A stretch of 64,000 bases of DNA from assembly GCA_965205865.1 (NCBI GenBank), contig CBDBHR010000030.1, forward strand, positions 192,001 to 256,000, given 5' to 3'. The stretch is from a bacterium (GTDB taxonomy: Bacteria; SAR324; NAC60-12). Made by a program: the position numbers and the translations under genes. The notes beneath the pieces are model-generated. The model was not told where the DNA came from, searched no databases, and worked only from the letters and a program-made list of their open reading frames with translations. Positions 62,405 through 64,000 of the stretch are shown here, one piece after another. Position 1 is the stretch's first letter. Each line of letters starts with the position of its first letter.

Positions 62405-62501
62405 TTTTTATCCCAAATTTTTCGCTACAGCGACTGAGTTGTCCACTTGGAAAGGCACTCCCGCAAATTTTTCAATCATTGTCCTGCAGCTTTCATTTTC
62501 C

Positions 62502-62609
62502 AGTTGACAGTTCCTCTGTCATCCTCGCGAATGCGGGGATCCAACTTCGTGACTACCACTGGATTTCTGCCTGCGCAGGAATGACAACAAAGGCGGCAAA
62601 CTGTCAACT
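62502..62609. repeat. REP/RPE-like palindrome inside an outer inverted repeat
   Basis: AGTTGACAGTT...TGTCATCCTCGCGAATGCGGGGATCCA...TGGATTTCTGCCTGCGCAGGAATGACA...AACTGTCAACT. Confidence 0.75.
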
Positions 62610-62660
62610 ACTTTTTACTATTTGTGAAGGCTCCCCATTGTCCTGCGAAATATTATTTTA

Positions 62661-64000
62661 TCAGGGTTCGAGGGATTCCAAAAGAATGTTTTGCGCAGGC
62701 TCGTAAGTGGGAGCGATTTCGAGAGCAACCAGGACAGTTTTTTTTGCCTCCGCTTTTTTACCTCCCTTTAAAAATACATTGGCAAGATCAGTGTGCGCTC
62801 TGGCGGGATCTGTCTTGTCGAGAATGACCAGAATTTGGTATTCACGAATGGCGGAAGGAAAATCTCCTTGCCCCAGCGAAATCTCAGCCAGCATTTTGTG
62901 AACGTCTTCATCGTAAGGATTGACGTCAAGCGCCCGTTCCAGGTAGTAGGTCGCCAAGTCATGATTCTTGTCTTGATATGCAGCCTGCGCCAACTCGTAT
63001 GAAGCTTGAAAAGCGAGCTGCTGGAAAGCCACCCATTTTTTCAACTCACGTAGCCGGGCTTCCTTGTTCCCTTGAATCTGATAAATAGCTGCCAGAATCT
63101 GGTGGGGACTTGGAACGCCACTGTATTCCGGGAGTAGCTTCTGCGCGAGGATCAAGTGTTCGATCGCCTCGTCGTAGGATTCGCTTTGATAAAGAAGAAT
63201 TCCCAATTGGAAATGGGCCAAAAAGTCGCGAGGCTGCGCTTTGATGCGGCTTCTCATGACTTCCATGATGGCTTCTCGGTCGGGACGCTCAGACTGTGAT
63301 GAGAAAGAGTTGCGTCGAATTCCGTGACCATGGCCTGTCAGTTGATCATTGGGATCGTCCCGATACACAAAAACATCGATCTCTTTTGCCCGTGCTTCCG
63401 CCCAACTGAAAAACAATTCTTCAAATGAATCGAGAGGTTGTTGGAAAACGGTTTGAAAAATAGTCTCCATCGGTTGATAGCCGCGGTATTGCTGAAGCAG
63501 GGAAAGCAGGGCTTCGAATCCATACGTTTCGACGATATATTCCACAACCAGAGATGACTGGTAATATGCAAAGTTCAAATCTTCGCTGGATTTTGCCTTG
63601 GAAAACCCCTCGTTGAGTTTCTTCAAACTGAAAAGCCGGTTTTCCTCGATAGCCCGTACCAGGTCCATTTCCTGTTCGCGTCCCCATTCGGGGCGACCCT
63701 GGTGTTCTTCATAGACGGATATGCCTTCCGAAAGCCAACGGGGCAGGCGATTGTCCGTCATTTGAAGAGTGATCACATGGACCAATTCATGCCAGAGGAT
63801 TTCCTTCCAATTTGCCAGGTTACCGGCTTTCAAAGTAATTGGGGAAGACATGGTGATCACGTTACCAAAACAAACCGCAAGTAAGGGTCCGATGTAGGGT
63901 AGCCCGATAGTGCGGACGGCAAAGTCCTCATTTTTATGAAAGATTTCAATGAGAACAGGCCCCTCGGGAGTGAATCGGTATTTATGCGTAAGCCTGTCCC
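62661..64000 (-). CDS. Zinc metallopeptidase (MA clan-like) with TPR repeats, 5' partial
   Basis: Frame open to the window edge. HELVH...PRWLSEGISVYEE, AYYQS, TPR-like C-terminus. Confidence 0.85.
   Translation of the reverse strand, partial: DRLTHKYRFTPEGPVLIEIFHKNEDFAVRTIGLPYIGPLLAVCFGNVITMSSPITLKAGNLANWKEILWHELVHVITLQMTDNRLPRWLSEGISVYEEHQGRPEWGREQEMDLVRAIEENRLFSLKKLNEGFSKAKSSEDLNFAYYQSSLVVEYIVETYGFEALLSLLQQYRGYQPMETIFQTVFQQPLDSFEELFFSWAEARAKEIDVFVYRDDPNDQLTGHGHGIRRNSFSSQSERPDREAIMEVMRSRIKAQPRDFLAHFQLGILLYQSESYDEAIEHLILAQKLLPEYSGVPSPHQILAAIYQIQGNKEARLRELKKWVAFQQLAFQASYELAQAAYQDKNHDLATYYLERALDVNPYDEDVHKMLAEISLGQGDFPSAIREYQILVILDKTDPARAHTDLANVFLKGGKKAEAKKTVLVALEIAPTYEPAQNILLESLEP

Noticed and set aside
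49900-64000. Many plus-strand ORFs of 60-250 aa
   Set aside because: Antisense shadows of well-supported minus-strand genes, with no recognisable motifs.
1-64000. tRNA, rRNA, prophage or integrase
   Set aside because: No cloverleaf, rRNA-like segment, phage structural gene or tyrosine/serine recombinase was recognised by eye. A tRNAscan-SE or barrnap run would confirm.

Overview
A 64 kb bacterial chromosomal window. The gene content loosely suggests a deltaproteobacterial/SAR324-like marine organism, but this is inference only. Housekeeping genes (nnr, pyrD, dapA, minCDE, a PIN-PhoH gene, an AI-2E transporter, and a MoxR-DUF58-vWA/BatA operon at the right end) bracket about 40 kb of accessory, partly decaying DNA. 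That DNA holds: paralogous Dpp/Opp-type peptide ABC modules with no ATPase gene; an Rpn nuclease; a three-gene module with two tandem BrxD/DUF2791-like proteins; a defence island (higBA remnant, GHKL/MORC ATPase-nuclease, Dcm-Vsr fusion, Type III mod/res); toxin-antitoxin genes; IS remnants (IS982, IS3, IS110, ISAzo13, IS630); at least three MITE families; an internally deleted group II intron; and a GC-rich foreign dioxygenase-HEAT gene. The most striking features absent from the ORF track are: (1) a long leader shared by two solute-binding-protein genes, consisting of a promoter, a (CCCAGTT)n array, and tandem hairpin-rich units with short ORFs and anti-SD stems; (2) a defence island bounded by two nested diverged direct repeats (a dapA fragment and a mod 5' end) with no integrase; (3) a standalone tandem DUF2791 ATPase module lacking the other BREX genes. 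All calls come from reading motifs by eye. No database search was run.
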